Part shown: positions 41,432-51,478 of the stretch, one piece after another
How the letters are laid out: each line of letters starts with the position of its first letter
How positions within the stretch are numbered: the stretch's first letter is position 1
NCBI GenBank assembly: GCA_035490535.1
Contig: DATHCP010000018.1
Coordinates: 628-64,627 of the forward strand
Direction of reading: 5' to 3'
From: Actinomycetota bacterium
GTDB lineage: Bacteria; Actinomycetota; UBA4738; HRBIN12
DNA length: 64,000 bases
Notes under the pieces: model-generated
The model's database searches: none
Told to the model about the DNA's origin: nothing
Seen by the model: the letters and a program-made list of their open reading frames with translations, nothing else
Translations under genes and position numbers: made by a program

Positions 41432-41468
41432 CGCAAGCATGGTAGGTGGCCTGCGGAAAGGGCGTCAA
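41432..41468 (-). promoter_or_regulatory. Putative sigma-70-type promoter of rpsA
   Basis: Minus strand TTGACG - 18 nt - TACCAT, about 90 nt upstream of the rpsA ATG, followed by a GC-rich leader hairpin. Confidence 0.35.
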
Positions 41469-41482
41469 ACAGCCGCCGCGCC

Positions 41483-44155
41483 TCAGTGACCCGCTGGCGC
41501 GGCGTCGGCCCAGTTCGGGCCCCAGCCGATGTCGGCGCGCAGCGGCACCTCGAGGTCGATCGCGTGCTCCATCCGGTCCCGCACGATCGCCGCCGCGTCC
41601 TCGACGCGCGCCTCGGGCACCTCGAACACCAACTCGTCGTGGACCGTCAGCAACATATGGAGGTCCAGGTCGGGATCCTCCCGGATCGCGGCGTCCACGC
41701 CGATCATCGCGAGCTTGAACACGTCGCTGGCGCTGCCCTGGATCGGCGCGTTCAGCGCCTGACGTTCGCCGAGGGCCTGGAGCCGACGGTTGCCGCTGGT
41801 GAGCTCCGGGATGTACCGGCGGCGGCCCAGGATCGTCTCCGTGTAGCCGTCCAGCCGCGCCCGCTCGACCTGGGCACGCAGGTACTCGCGGATCTTGGGG
41901 AAGCCCCCGAAGTACCCCTGGAGGATCTCCTCGGCCTCCCCCGGCGGGATGTCGAGACGCTGCCCGAGCCCGTACGCGTTCATGCCGTACGCGAGGCCGT
42001 AGTTCACCATCTTCGCGCGCCGCCGCATCTCGGCGTCGACCTCCTCGACCGGCACGCCGAACACCGTCGCGGCCGTCGCGGCGTGGATGTCCAGGCCGCC
42101 CGCGAAGGCCTCCCGCAACCCCTCGTCCCCGGACAGGTGGGCCAGTACGCGCAGCTCGATCTGCGAGTAGTCAGCCACCAGCAGGACCTGGCCCGCTCCG
42201 CCGGGGACGAACGCGCTGCGGATCTGGCGGCCGAGCTCCGAGCGCGCCGGGATGTTCTGCAGGTTCGGGTTCGAGGAGCTGAGGCGGCCGGTGGCGGCGA
42301 CCGCTTGGTTGAACGTCGTGTGGACCCTGCCGTCTCGCGGATCGACCATCCTCGGCAGGGCCTCGAGGTAGGTGGAGTTCAGCTTGTCCAGCTCACGCCA
42401 GGACAGGAGGTCGTCCACGATCGGGTTGTCCGCCCGGAGCTTCTCCAGCACGCTCGCATCGGTGGAGAGCTCACCCTTGGGCGTCTTGCGCCCGGGCTGC
42501 AGGCCGAGCTCCTCGTAGAGCACCTGGCGCAGCTGCGGCGGCGAGTTCAGGTTGAACTCGCGCCCGGCCGCCGCGTAGATCGCCGCGGTCAGGGACGCCA
42601 TCCGCTCACGGACCGACGTCCCCATCTCGCCGAGGTAGGCGGTATCGAGGCCGACGCCCCGCGCCTCCATCCGGGCGAGCACCGACGACAGCGGGAGCTC
42701 CACGTCCTCCAGGAGCGGGCGGAGGCTCTGGCGGTCGATCTCCTCCTCGAGCACCGGGGTCAGCAGCGCCACGGCCGCGGCCTCGGCCGCCGTGATCCGC
42801 CAGGGGTCCTCGGCGAAGAGCTGGCCCGCCGCCTCGTCGTCCTCCTCGCCCAGGACGTCGGTACCCAGGTACCGCTCGCTCAACGCGCGCAGGGGATACG
42901 TGGCGGCGGCCGGGTCCAGCAGGTAGCCCGCGAGCATCGTGTCGAACGTGACCCCCGCGACCTCGCCGCCCTCGGCCGTCACGGTCCGCTCCAGGGATTT
43001 CGCGTCGTGGGTCCACAACGCGACGTCCGGGTCGGCCAGGGGGGGCGCGATCGGGCCCAGGCCCTCGAGGTCGGCGTACGCTGCCTGCGCGCCGCCTGCC
43101 GAGACGGCCGCGCCGACGATCCGGCCCGCCTCGACCCCGATCCGGATCCCCGCCGGACCCGCTTCCAGGATCGCCGCCAGCTCGGCCGGCTCGGCCCGGC
43201 GCAGGTCGAGCTCGGCGACCTCGGCCTTCGGCTTCGAGGCGCCCACGGCCTCCTGGAGCCGGTCGATCAGCGAGCGGAACTCCAGGGAGACGAACAGCCG
43301 CCGGACCGCCTCGGGGTCGAACTCCCCCATCACGGCGTCCTCGGGTCCGACGTCCAGATCCACGTCGGTCACGATCCGGGCGAGCTGCTTGTTCAGGGCC
43401 AGCCGGTCGGCGGCCGCCGCGACGTTCTCCTTCTGCTTGCCCCGGAGCTCGTCCGTCCGCGCCACGAGCTCCTCGACCGACCCGAACTCCTGGACGAGCT
43501 TCGCGGCGGTCTTCTCCCCCACCCCCGGGACGCCCGGGATGTTGTCCGAGGTGTCCCCCTTCAGAGCCACGTAGTCGAGGTACTGCGCCGGCGAGACGCC
43601 GTACTTCGCCTCGATCTCGGCCGGACCCATCGCGTCGATCTCGGAGATGCCCCGCCGGTTGAACAGCACGGAGATCGACCCGGTCCCGTCGTCACGGTCG
43701 CGGGCGAGCTGGAAGAAGTCGCGGTCGGCGGTGACGATCACGGCGTCGATCCCCTCGGCGCTGGCGCGGGTCGCGAGCGTGCCCAGCGCGTCGTCGGCCT
43801 CGTGGCCCTCGATCCGGACCACCGGGATCTTCAGGGTCGCCAGGACCTCCTCGATCAGCGTCAGCTGCGGGCCGAAGTCGGCCGGGGTCTCGCGCCGACC
43901 GGCCTTGTAGTCGGCGTCCATCTCCAGGCGCACGGTCGGCGCGCCCGTGTCGAACGCGACCGCGATCAGCTCGGGATGTTCGTCGCCGAGCAGCTTGATC
44001 AGCATCGACGTGAAGCCGTAGACCGCGTTCGTCATGGTTCCGCTGCTGGTGGCGAGCGTCGGCGGCAGCGCGAAGAACGCGCGGTACGCGAGGCTGTGGC
44101 CGTCGAGCAGGAACAACCGTCGAGGGCTGCTCGAAGCGTCGGCCGTGCCGCTCAC
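41483..44155 (-). CDS. polA: DNA polymerase I
   Basis: 5'-3' exonuclease, 3'-5' exonuclease-like and polymerase domains (RRxxKxxNYGxxYG, DYSQIELR, LxVHDE). Start at GTG 44155 (MSGTADASSSPRRLFLLDGHSLAYRAF); upstream in-frame ATGs at 44242 and 44308 are alternatives. Confidence 0.9.
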   Translation of the reverse strand: MSGTADASSSPRRLFLLDGHSLAYRAFFALPPTLATSSGTMTNAVYGFTSMLIKLLGDEHPELIAVAFDTGAPTVRLEMDADYKAGRRETPADFGPQLTLIEEVLATLKIPVVRIEGHEADDALGTLATRASAEGIDAVIVTADRDFFQLARDRDDGTGSISVLFNRRGISEIDAMGPAEIEAKYGVSPAQYLDYVALKGDTSDNIPGVPGVGEKTAAKLVQEFGSVEELVARTDELRGKQKENVAAAADRLALNKQLARIVTDVDLDVGPEDAVMGEFDPEAVRRLFVSLEFRSLIDRLQEAVGASKPKAEVAELDLRRAEPAELAAILEAGPAGIRIGVEAGRIVGAAVSAGGAQAAYADLEGLGPIAPPLADPDVALWTHDAKSLERTVTAEGGEVAGVTFDTMLAGYLLDPAAATYPLRALSERYLGTDVLGEEDDEAAGQLFAEDPWRITAAEAAAVALLTPVLEEEIDRQSLRPLLEDVELPLSSVLARMEARGVGLDTAYLGEMGTSVRERMASLTAAIYAAAGREFNLNSPPQLRQVLYEELGLQPGRKTPKGELSTDASVLEKLRADNPIVDDLLSWRELDKLNSTYLEALPRMVDPRDGRVHTTFNQAVAATGRLSSSNPNLQNIPARSELGRQIRSAFVPGGAGQVLLVADYSQIELRVLAHLSGDEGLREAFAGGLDIHAATAATVFGVPVEEVDAEMRRRAKMVNYGLAYGMNAYGLGQRLDIPPGEAEEILQGYFGGFPKIREYLRAQVERARLDGYTETILGRRRYIPELTSGNRRLQALGERQALNAPIQGSASDVFKLAMIGVDAAIREDPDLDLHMLLTVHDELVFEVPEARVEDAAAIVRDRMEHAIDLEVPLRADIGWGPNWADAAPAGH

Positions 44156-44322
44156 GATGTCATCGTAGCCTCGCCGTCGGACGTGCGGTCCGGCGGACCC
44201 TCCTGCACCGGTCGAGGGTTGGTCGAGGGTGTGGTCGTTCATGTTCTTGTCGGTCTTTCGCCGCGTGACCGCTACCTGCGCGGATGGCGCAGAGCTCCTG
44301 CGCCGCAAGAAGGTCCATCGAG

Positions 44323-44351
44323 TTGACAGCCCTCAACCTTCCGTCTATGGT
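44323..44351 (+). promoter_or_regulatory. Near-consensus sigma-70 promoter on the plus strand (TTGACA-17-TATGGT)
   Basis: TTGACA at about 44323..44328, exact 17-nt spacer, TATGGT at about 44346..44351, inside an otherwise all-minus-strand region. Confidence 0.4.
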
Positions 44352-44357
44352 GCGCTC

Positions 44358-44516
44358 CGGTCCCGGCGGTTCCGCCAGACGCGATGGGAAACCGGAGCGG
44401 CTGCGAACGATCGCAGGGACCGCGACGTGACGGGCTGCGGCACTCGACAGGGGACGCTCGCGTATGGGGAAGGCGCGAGCGGCTCCGAGGGGAGCCGCGG
44501 CCCGTCATCTCGTTTC
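44358..44516 (+). ncRNA. Candidate small structured RNA (about 160 nt) transcribed from the promoter above; family unknown
   Basis: Nested stems GCUCCGGU...ACCGGAGC, CGGCGG/CCGCC, GCUCGCG...CGCGAGC, and a terminal perfect 8-bp hairpin GCGGCUCC-GAGG-GGAGCCGC followed by CCGUCAUCUCGUUUCC. Only a doubtful 27-codon ORF that would start inside the -10; no plus-strand gene downstream. Confidence 0.25.
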
Positions 44517-44542
44517 CGGGGCAGGCCGGTCGGGCCAGCGGA

Positions 44543-45310
44543 TCACAGGACGGCGTCGAGGAACTTCTTCGTCTCGGCGTTCCGCGTGTGGTTGAACAGG
44601 TCGTCGGGCGAGCCCTCCTCCAGGATCACGCCCTCGTGGAAGAAGCACATCCGGTTCGCGACCTCACGTGCGAACCCCATCTCGTGCGTCACGACGACCA
44701 TCGTCATGTGCAGGTCGGTGGCGAGGGACTTCATCACGTTGAGGACCTCGCCGATCAACTCCGGGTCGAGTGCGGACGTGGGCTCGTCGAACAGCATCAC
44801 GTCGGGCTCCATCGCCAGGGCCCGGGCGATCGCCACCCGCTGCTGCTGCCCGCCCGAGAGGCGGATCGGGTGCTCGTCGGCCTTGTCGGCCAGACCGACC
44901 TTGACCAGGAGCTCCATCGCCATCGGCTTGATCGTCTCGGCCTTCATCTTCTTCACCGTCACCGGGCCCTCCATCACGTTCTGGAGCGCCGTCATATGCG
45001 GGAAGAGGTTGAACTGCTGGAAGACCATCCCCGCGTGGGTCCGGAGCCGCCGGATGTTCTCCCGCTTCGTCCGGGTCCGGTGGCCGCCCTCGAGGCGGAT
45101 CCCCGCGACCTCGATCTCCCCCTCGGTGGGGTCCTCGAGGAAGTTGATGCAGCGCAGGAGGGTCGATTTGCCGGACCCCGACCGCCCGAAGATCACGACC
45201 ACCTCGCCCCGGGTCACGTCGAGGTCGATCCCCCGAAGGACCTCGAGCGGCCCGAAGTACTTGTGGAGGTTGCGCACCCGCACGACGGGGTCGCCCGCGT
45301 TCCAGCTCAC
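44543..45310 (-). CDS. Polar amino acid ABC transporter ATP-binding protein
   Basis: [36 protein letters not shown]; GTG start overlapping the permease stop. Confidence 0.9.
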   Translation of the reverse strand: MSWNAGDPVVRVRNLHKYFGPLEVLRGIDLDVTRGEVVVIFGRSGSGKSTLLRCINFLEDPTEGEIEVAGIRLEGGHRTRTKRENIRRLRTHAGMVFQQFNLFPHMTALQNVMEGPVTVKKMKAETIKPMAMELLVKVGLADKADEHPIRLSGGQQQRVAIARALAMEPDVMLFDEPTSALDPELIGEVLNVMKSLATDLHMTMVVVTHEMGFAREVANRMCFFHEGVILEEGSPDDLFNHTRNAETKKFLDAVL

Positions 45311-46686
45311 GGGACGGGTTCCTGTCGCTCGGACGAAGGTGCCTCTCCGCGTTCCCCATCCGGCAACGGCATCTCGACCATCATCGCCCCGCCACCCTGC
45401 CCCCCTCCCGCCGCGCCCGGCAGGTACTGCGTCCGCCGGCCACCGAAAGCGCCCGTCACGCTCGTGCGGGTATAGCCCTTGGACAACCGGCGCTCCAGCC
45501 GGGCCTGGAAGAAGGTGAAGATCGAGGTGAGCACCCAGTAGAGGGCGGCCGCCACCAGCAGCGTCTCGAGGCGCTTCGTGAGGTTCTGGCTGAAGGCGAG
45601 CTGGGCGCGCATGAACAGCTCCGTCTTCGACAGCGTGACCCCGAGCAGGCCCACGAGCGCCGTGTCCTTCATCATCGCGATGAACTCGTTCCCCGTCGGA
45701 GGGATGATCACCCTGGTCGCCTGCGGCAGGACGACCCGGCGCATCCGTTGCGGATAGTTCATCCCGAGGGCATCGGCCGCCTCGGCCTGCCCGTGGCTCA
45801 CCGACTGGATCCCGGCGCGGAAGATCTCGGTCATGTACGCCCCGTAGTTGAACCCCAGCCCGATCACGCCGGCCACGAACGTGCTGAGCGTCAGGAACTT
45901 CGTCACCGACAGCCGTTCCATGTTCGTGCCGAGCTGTGGCAACGCCAGGTAGATCAGGAACAGCTGAACGATCAGTGGCGTGCCACGGAAGAACGACGTG
46001 TAGAAGCCGGAGACGCCGTAGGCGACCGGGTTCTTCGACAAGCGCCCGAGCGCCCCGAACAACGCGAGGATCGTCGCCAGGATGATCGCCGCGGCCGCCA
46101 ACAGGATCGTGTACTTCAGGCCGCCCGCGATGTACCGGAGGTTCTCCCGGATGAACCCGAAGTCGAGGTCCGACAGCGCCAGGAAGATCCCGAGGATGAA
46201 GAAGATCGCGAGCCACACGAGCGTGACCTTCAGCCGGAACGGGATCCGCGCGCTCGCGAGCGACATCGCATCGACATCGCCGGCCGCCGGCCGACCGAGG
46301 ATCAGCAGGATGGCCGCGATCCCGCTGAAGACGCTCGCGATCACGCCCTCCCGGCTCGAGGTCAGACCGCCGACCGCCACGAGGTAGGCGGCCGCCCCGA
46401 TCGCCGCGGCCAACGCGAGCCACCACGTCCACGATCGGCGGACGTAGAGCAGGCCTGCGCCGACGAGACACACGATCCCGACCACGCCGAACGCGGCGAT
46501 GTCGGCCGGCGGGATGGGGGTCCGGGTCGTGAAGACCAGGACCGGGAGGAACACGAGCGCGAGCGCGCCCTCGGTCGCCAGGACCCAGGAGCCGATCAGC
46601 AGGTACTTCGCGCTGGGCGGCTCTTGGAGGTGCGCCGGCGGGAGCCGGACGTCACCGGCCCCCGCCGCTTGCGCCTCGGCGCTCAC
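45307..46686 (-). CDS. Polar amino acid ABC transporter permease with about 150 aa N-terminal extra membrane domain
   Basis: C-terminal half is a typical His/Gln permease ([21 protein letters not shown]); N-terminal 150 aa adds 4 predicted TM helices. Confidence 0.83.
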   Translation of the reverse strand: MSAEAQAAGAGDVRLPPAHLQEPPSAKYLLIGSWVLATEGALALVFLPVLVFTTRTPIPPADIAAFGVVGIVCLVGAGLLYVRRSWTWWLALAAAIGAAAYLVAVGGLTSSREGVIASVFSGIAAILLILGRPAAGDVDAMSLASARIPFRLKVTLVWLAIFFILGIFLALSDLDFGFIRENLRYIAGGLKYTILLAAAAIILATILALFGALGRLSKNPVAYGVSGFYTSFFRGTPLIVQLFLIYLALPQLGTNMERLSVTKFLTLSTFVAGVIGLGFNYGAYMTEIFRAGIQSVSHGQAEAADALGMNYPQRMRRVVLPQATRVIIPPTGNEFIAMMKDTALVGLLGVTLSKTELFMRAQLAFSQNLTKRLETLLVAAALYWVLTSIFTFFQARLERRLSKGYTRTSVTGAFGGRRTQYLPGAAGGGQGGGAMMVEMPLPDGERGEAPSSERQEPVP

Positions 46687-46705
46687 GTCGAACCTCCGTC
46701 TCCGA

Positions 46706-47629
46706 TCAGGACGAGGCGTTGTTCGTCGTGGTCAGATCGGTCTTCCACCACTTCTGCGATAGCGACGACAGCGTGCCATCCTCGTGCATGTTGGTCACGA
46801 TCGTCTTGATCGCGTTCACGAGCGTGGTCTGGTCGACGGGCGAGTTCTTGTCCATCGCGATGCTCAGCGGCTCGTAGTAGAGCGGGTCGCCGATCAGCTT
46901 GATCGCGCCGCCGTCGTCGATGTACGACTGGATGATCGGCACCGCCGAGATGGCCGTGTCGCAGCGGACGCCGTCCCCGAGGGCCAGCGCGTCCAGGGCG
47001 TCGGTGTCGGTGGTGAACGTGTCGATCTGGGCGTTGTCGATCTGGAACTTGAAGGGCGGCGCCCCCGCGCCCAGGACCAGGTTCTTCTGGAGGTAGTTCT
47101 GGTAGGTGGTCGCGACCCCGACGCAGTCCTTCTTGCCGCTGGCGTCCGCCGGGGTGGTGATCGTGGTGTTCGTCTTGTACACGGCCACGCCGGCCGGCGT
47201 GTAGTAGTAGGCCGGGGAGAAGTAGAAGAGCTTCTCGCGCTCGACCGTGTCGGTCATGGATCCGACGCTCAGGTCCCAGCGGTCGTTCCACGAGCCCGCG
47301 GTGATCACGTCCCACTTCTCGCCTTGGATCGCGGCGGTCACCCCGAGTCGCTTGGCGATCTCCTGCGCGACCTGGACGTCGAAACCGTTCCACTGGCCGG
47401 TCTGGACGTTGTACCAAGACGCCGGCTTGTACTTCGGGTCGGTCGCGATCCGGATCTGGCCGTTCTTGCAGATGGTCGCGAGCGCGTCCGTGCCGGTCTT
47501 GTCGACCGAGGCGCACATGCCGCCACCGGTCGCGGGGGCCGACGTCGTCGTGCCCTTCGAACAGGCGACGCCCACGGTGACGACGACGGCCACGGCCGCG
47601 ACGAACGCGAGCGATCGAGATCTCCGCAT
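46706..47629 (-). CDS. Amino acid ABC transporter substrate-binding lipoprotein
   Basis: MRRSRSLAFVAAVAVVVTVGVAC lipoprotein signal; SBP family 3 body. Minus strand upstream has SD GGGAGGAGGA and a TAGAGT -10-like hexamer. Confidence 0.85.
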   Translation of the reverse strand: MRRSRSLAFVAAVAVVVTVGVACSKGTTTSAPATGGGMCASVDKTGTDALATICKNGQIRIATDPKYKPASWYNVQTGQWNGFDVQVAQEIAKRLGVTAAIQGEKWDVITAGSWNDRWDLSVGSMTDTVEREKLFYFSPAYYYTPAGVAVYKTNTTITTPADASGKKDCVGVATTYQNYLQKNLVLGAGAPPFKFQIDNAQIDTFTTDTDALDALALGDGVRCDTAISAVPIIQSYIDDGGAIKLIGDPLYYEPLSIAMDKNSPVDQTTLVNAIKTIVTNMHEDGTLSSLSQKWWKTDLTTTNNASS

Positions 47630-47758
47630 CAAAGGATCCTCCTCCCGGGAGGCCCCGACGGGGCCCCCGTCCACTCGGCGGACTCTACGCCCGGCCGCCT
47701 GCGCGAGCAACGCAGCCGGAACCGGCGCGTTCACCCTCGAGTACGCTGGCCGGCGCCG

Positions 47759-47842
47759 GCCGGGATGGCGGAACTGGCAGACGCGCGGGACTCAAAATCC
47801 CGTGTCCGCAAGGACGTGCGGGTTCGACCCCCGCTCCCGGCA
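47759..47842 (+). tRNA. tRNA-Leu (anticodon CAA), type II
   Basis: GCCGGGA-TG-GCGGAACTGGCAGACGCGC-CGGGA-CUCAAAA-UCCCG-GUCCgcaaGGAC-GCGGG-UUCGACC-CCCGC-UCCCGGC-A; CAA in anticodon loop; CCA not encoded. Confidence 0.88.
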
Positions 47843-47845
47843 CCT

Positions 47846-49003
47846 TCACACGACGTGGTGCTCGCGCACCAGGTCGCCCCTCGCGAAGCGCCCGATCCCC
47901 AGCGACGACACATCGACCGAAGCCGCTGCGCCGCCGACGATCATCTCCGCCAGCAGCTTCCCGACGATCGGCCCCTGCTGGAAGCCGTGGCCGCTGAAGC
48001 CCGCCGCGATCCACAGCCCCTGCACCGGCGCGGGTCCGATCACCGGATGCCGGTCGGGGGTCATCTCGTACAGGCCCGCCCAGGACGACCGGATCCCCGC
48101 CTCGGCCAGGGGCGGGAAGAGCTCCAAGGCCTTGGGCAGCAGCTCGTCCTCCACGAAGCGCTCGTCCACCGTCGTGTCGAACGTCGGCACGTCGGCCCCG
48201 CCCATCCCCATCAAGACGCCGTCGGCCTCGCGATGCACGTAGAAGGAGCTGTCGGCGTCGATCATCAGCGTGCGGCGCTCGGGCACGCCGGGGAACGGCC
48301 CGGTCGTGACCACGACGCGCGGCACCGGCTCGATCGGCAGCTCCACGCCGGCGGTGGCCGCGAGCGCCCCCGACCACGCGCCGGCCGCCAGCACGACGGC
48401 GCTCGCGGCCACCGTGCCCTGGCGGGTCCGAACGCCGGCCGCGACCCCCGCCGGAGCCAGCAACTCCTCGACGTCGTGGCCGAGCGCCAGGGTGACCCCG
48501 GCGCGCCGGGCCAGCGTCGCGTACCCCTCGGTCAGCCCGCCGGGGTCGGCGATCCCGTCCCGCGGGCCGAACGTCGCGCCCCGCAGGCCCTCGACGTTCA
48601 CGCCCGGGGCGATCGAGGCGGCCTCTCCCGGGGTTAGGACGTCGACCTCCACCCCGAGGGAGCGCTGCAGCTCGACCCCCTCCAGGAACGACCGCCAGGA
48701 GTCGGCCTCCCGGACCAGGAACAGGTAGCCGTCCTGCGAGACGTCCACCGCGATCCCGTGCTCCTCGGTGAAGTTCACGATCATCGGCACGCTCGCCCGC
48801 GACAGACGGATGTTGACCTCGGTGCTGAACTGCTGGCGGAACCCGCCGGCGCACGCGCCCGTCGAGCCGCGGCCCACGGCGTCCTCGCGGTCGAGCAGCA
48901 CCACGTTCCCCGCTCCGGCCGCCGCCAGGTGGTAGGCGGTCGAGCACCCGACGATCCCGGCGCCCACGACGACCACGTCGGCGGCCCGCGGCAGCTCGCT
49001 CAC
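47846..49003 (-). CDS. FAD-dependent oxidoreductase, DAO family (sarcosine oxidase-beta / D-amino acid dehydrogenase-like)
   Basis: VVVVGAGIVGCSTAYHLA Rossmann FAD motif; GTG start at 49003 overlapping the upstream stop. Track ORF has a 118-codon artefactual extension. Confidence 0.85.
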   Translation of the reverse strand: MSELPRAADVVVVGAGIVGCSTAYHLAAAGAGNVVLLDREDAVGRGSTGACAGGFRQQFSTEVNIRLSRASVPMIVNFTEEHGIAVDVSQDGYLFLVREADSWRSFLEGVELQRSLGVEVDVLTPGEAASIAPGVNVEGLRGATFGPRDGIADPGGLTEGYATLARRAGVTLALGHDVEELLAPAGVAAGVRTRQGTVAASAVVLAAGAWSGALAATAGVELPIEPVPRVVVTTGPFPGVPERRTLMIDADSSFYVHREADGVLMGMGGADVPTFDTTVDERFVEDELLPKALELFPPLAEAGIRSSWAGLYEMTPDRHPVIGPAPVQGLWIAAGFSGHGFQQGPIVGKLLAEMIVGGAAASVDVSSLGIGRFARGDLVREHHVV

Positions 49004-49919
49004 CCGAGCGCCTCCAGCACCGCCCGGGCCACCACGAGATCCTCGAAGGCCATGCCGACCGACACGAACACCGTCACGTCGCCGGGAGCGGTCCGGACCG
49101 CGCGCCCCCGCGCGAGCTCGGCGAGGTCGGCCACCACGTGCTCGGGTCCGATCGCCCCCTCGGCGATCGGGAGCAGCACGTCGCCCGCCTCCTCCATCGC
49201 GACGGTGCGCGTCTCCACGACCAGCCGTGCACGCGCGATCGTCCGGGTGTCCACCTCGCGCGTCTGTGGCAGGTAGGCGCCGATCGCGTTCACGTGCGCG
49301 CCCTCGGCGAGGCGCCCACCATCGAAGACCGGCGTCGCCGACGTGGTGCAGGTGCACACCAGATGGGCCTCCTCGACCGCCTCCGGCGCGCCGACCACCG
49401 CACGGATCCCCCTCGCCTGGGTCGCCGCCGCCAAGGCCTGGGCTCGCTCGGGCCTCCGCGACACGATCACCACCTCATCGACCGGGCGCACGGCAACCAT
49501 CGCGTCGAGGTGCGCGGCCGCCTGGACCCCCGCGCCGAACAGCACGAGCCGGTGGGCCTCCGGGTTCGCCAGCAGGCGGGTGGCGAGCCCGCTCACCGCG
49601 GCCGTCCGCAGCGCCGTCAGCTCGGTGCCGTCGAGGACCGCTTCGGGCGTCTGCGTGATCGCGTCGAACAGCACGTAGGCCGCCTGGATCAGCGGCGCCC
49701 CGACCGCCGGGTTCCCCTCCGAGATCGTGACGAGCTTGACGCCGACGCCACGGTCACCCGCCGCCGGCATCAACAACATCGACCCCGCCGGGGTCGCCGT
49801 CGCCGTCCGGATCGGACCCGCCGCATCGGGATCCTCGGCCGCGAAGGCCGCGTGGAGCGCGTCGATCGCCGAGCGCATCGGCAGCGCGCGCCGGAGCTCC
49901 TCCGCGCCGATCGAGCGGA

Positions 49920-49923
<4 letters not shown>
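49000..49923 (-). CDS. Ornithine cyclodeaminase / mu-crystallin family protein (includes pyrroline-2-carboxylate/ketimine reductases)
   Basis: About 307 aa; LVLFGAGVQAAAHLDAM NAD motif and conserved OCD/mu-crystallin core; GTG start overlapping the livF stop. Confidence 0.82.
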
Positions 49924-50698
<775 letters not shown>

Positions 50699-50702
<4 letters not shown>

Positions 50703-51478
50703 CCGACCGCCTTCGTGCCGAGGTAGGCCTCGATCACGTGCTCGTCGTTCGCGACCTCGTCGTAGGAACCCTCGGCGATCTTCTGGCCGTAGTCGCAGGC
50801 CACGACGCGGTCCGACACGCCCTTCACCACGCGCATGTCGTGCTCGATCACGACGATCGTGAGGCCACGCTCGTCGCGCATCCGGACGATCTGGTCGCGG
50901 AGCACCAACGTCTCGTGCGGGTTCATGCCGGCCGTCGGCTCGTCCAGCAGCAGGATCGTCGGCTCCGTGGCCATCGCCCGCGCCATCTCGAGTCGGCGAC
51001 GGTTCGCGTAGGAGAGCACGAACGCCGGCTGATCCTGGCGGTACCCCGCCAGCTTGGTGCCGAAGAAGTCGAGCGCCTCCTGCGCGCCCGCCCGGATCCG
51101 TTCCTCCTCGGTGCGCTGCCGGCGCGAGCGCACGATGGCCCCGAACACGCCCGCCTTCGAACGGCAGTGCTGGCCGACCATCGCGTTCTCCAGGACGGTC
51201 ATGTTCGGGAACAGGTGCACGGTCTGGAACGTCCGGGCGATGCCGAGCCGGGTGATCTGGTTCGGCGTGAGGCCGACGATGCTCTCGTCGCGGAACCGGA
51301 TGTCGCCGCCGTCGGGGTGGTACAGGCCGGTGATCACGTTGAACAGCGTGCTCTTGCCGGCCCCGTTGGGGCCGATCACGCTCACGATCTCGTGCTCCTC
51401 CACCGAGAACTCGAGATCGTTCAGCGCGAACAGGCCGCCGAAGTGCTTCGAGATCCCTCGGACCTCCAGCAGGCTCAT
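50699..51478 (-). CDS. livG: Branched-chain amino acid ABC transporter ATP-binding protein
   Basis: GPNGAGKST, LLLDEPTAGMNP; ATG overlapping the livM stop. Confidence 0.9.

Noticed and set aside
41483-44308. polA starting at the track's ATG (44308) or at ATG 44242
   Set aside because: The GTG at 44155 yields MSGTADASSSPRRLFLLDGHSLAYRAF, matching the conserved PolA N-terminus. Upstream codons overlap repeat and hairpin elements and are poorly coding-like. Kept only as alternatives.
44346-44430. 27-codon ORF (MVRSGPGGSARRDGKPERLRTIAGTAT) inside the candidate sRNA
   Set aside because: Its ATG lies within the predicted -10 hexamer, it has no SD and is Arg/Gly-rich. Unlikely to be translated.
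44229-45518. 429 aa plus-strand ORF starting in the polA-ABC intergenic region
   Set aside because: Runs antisense through the ABC ATPase and permease genes and has a low-complexity translation. The intergenic part is better explained as a promoter plus structured RNA.
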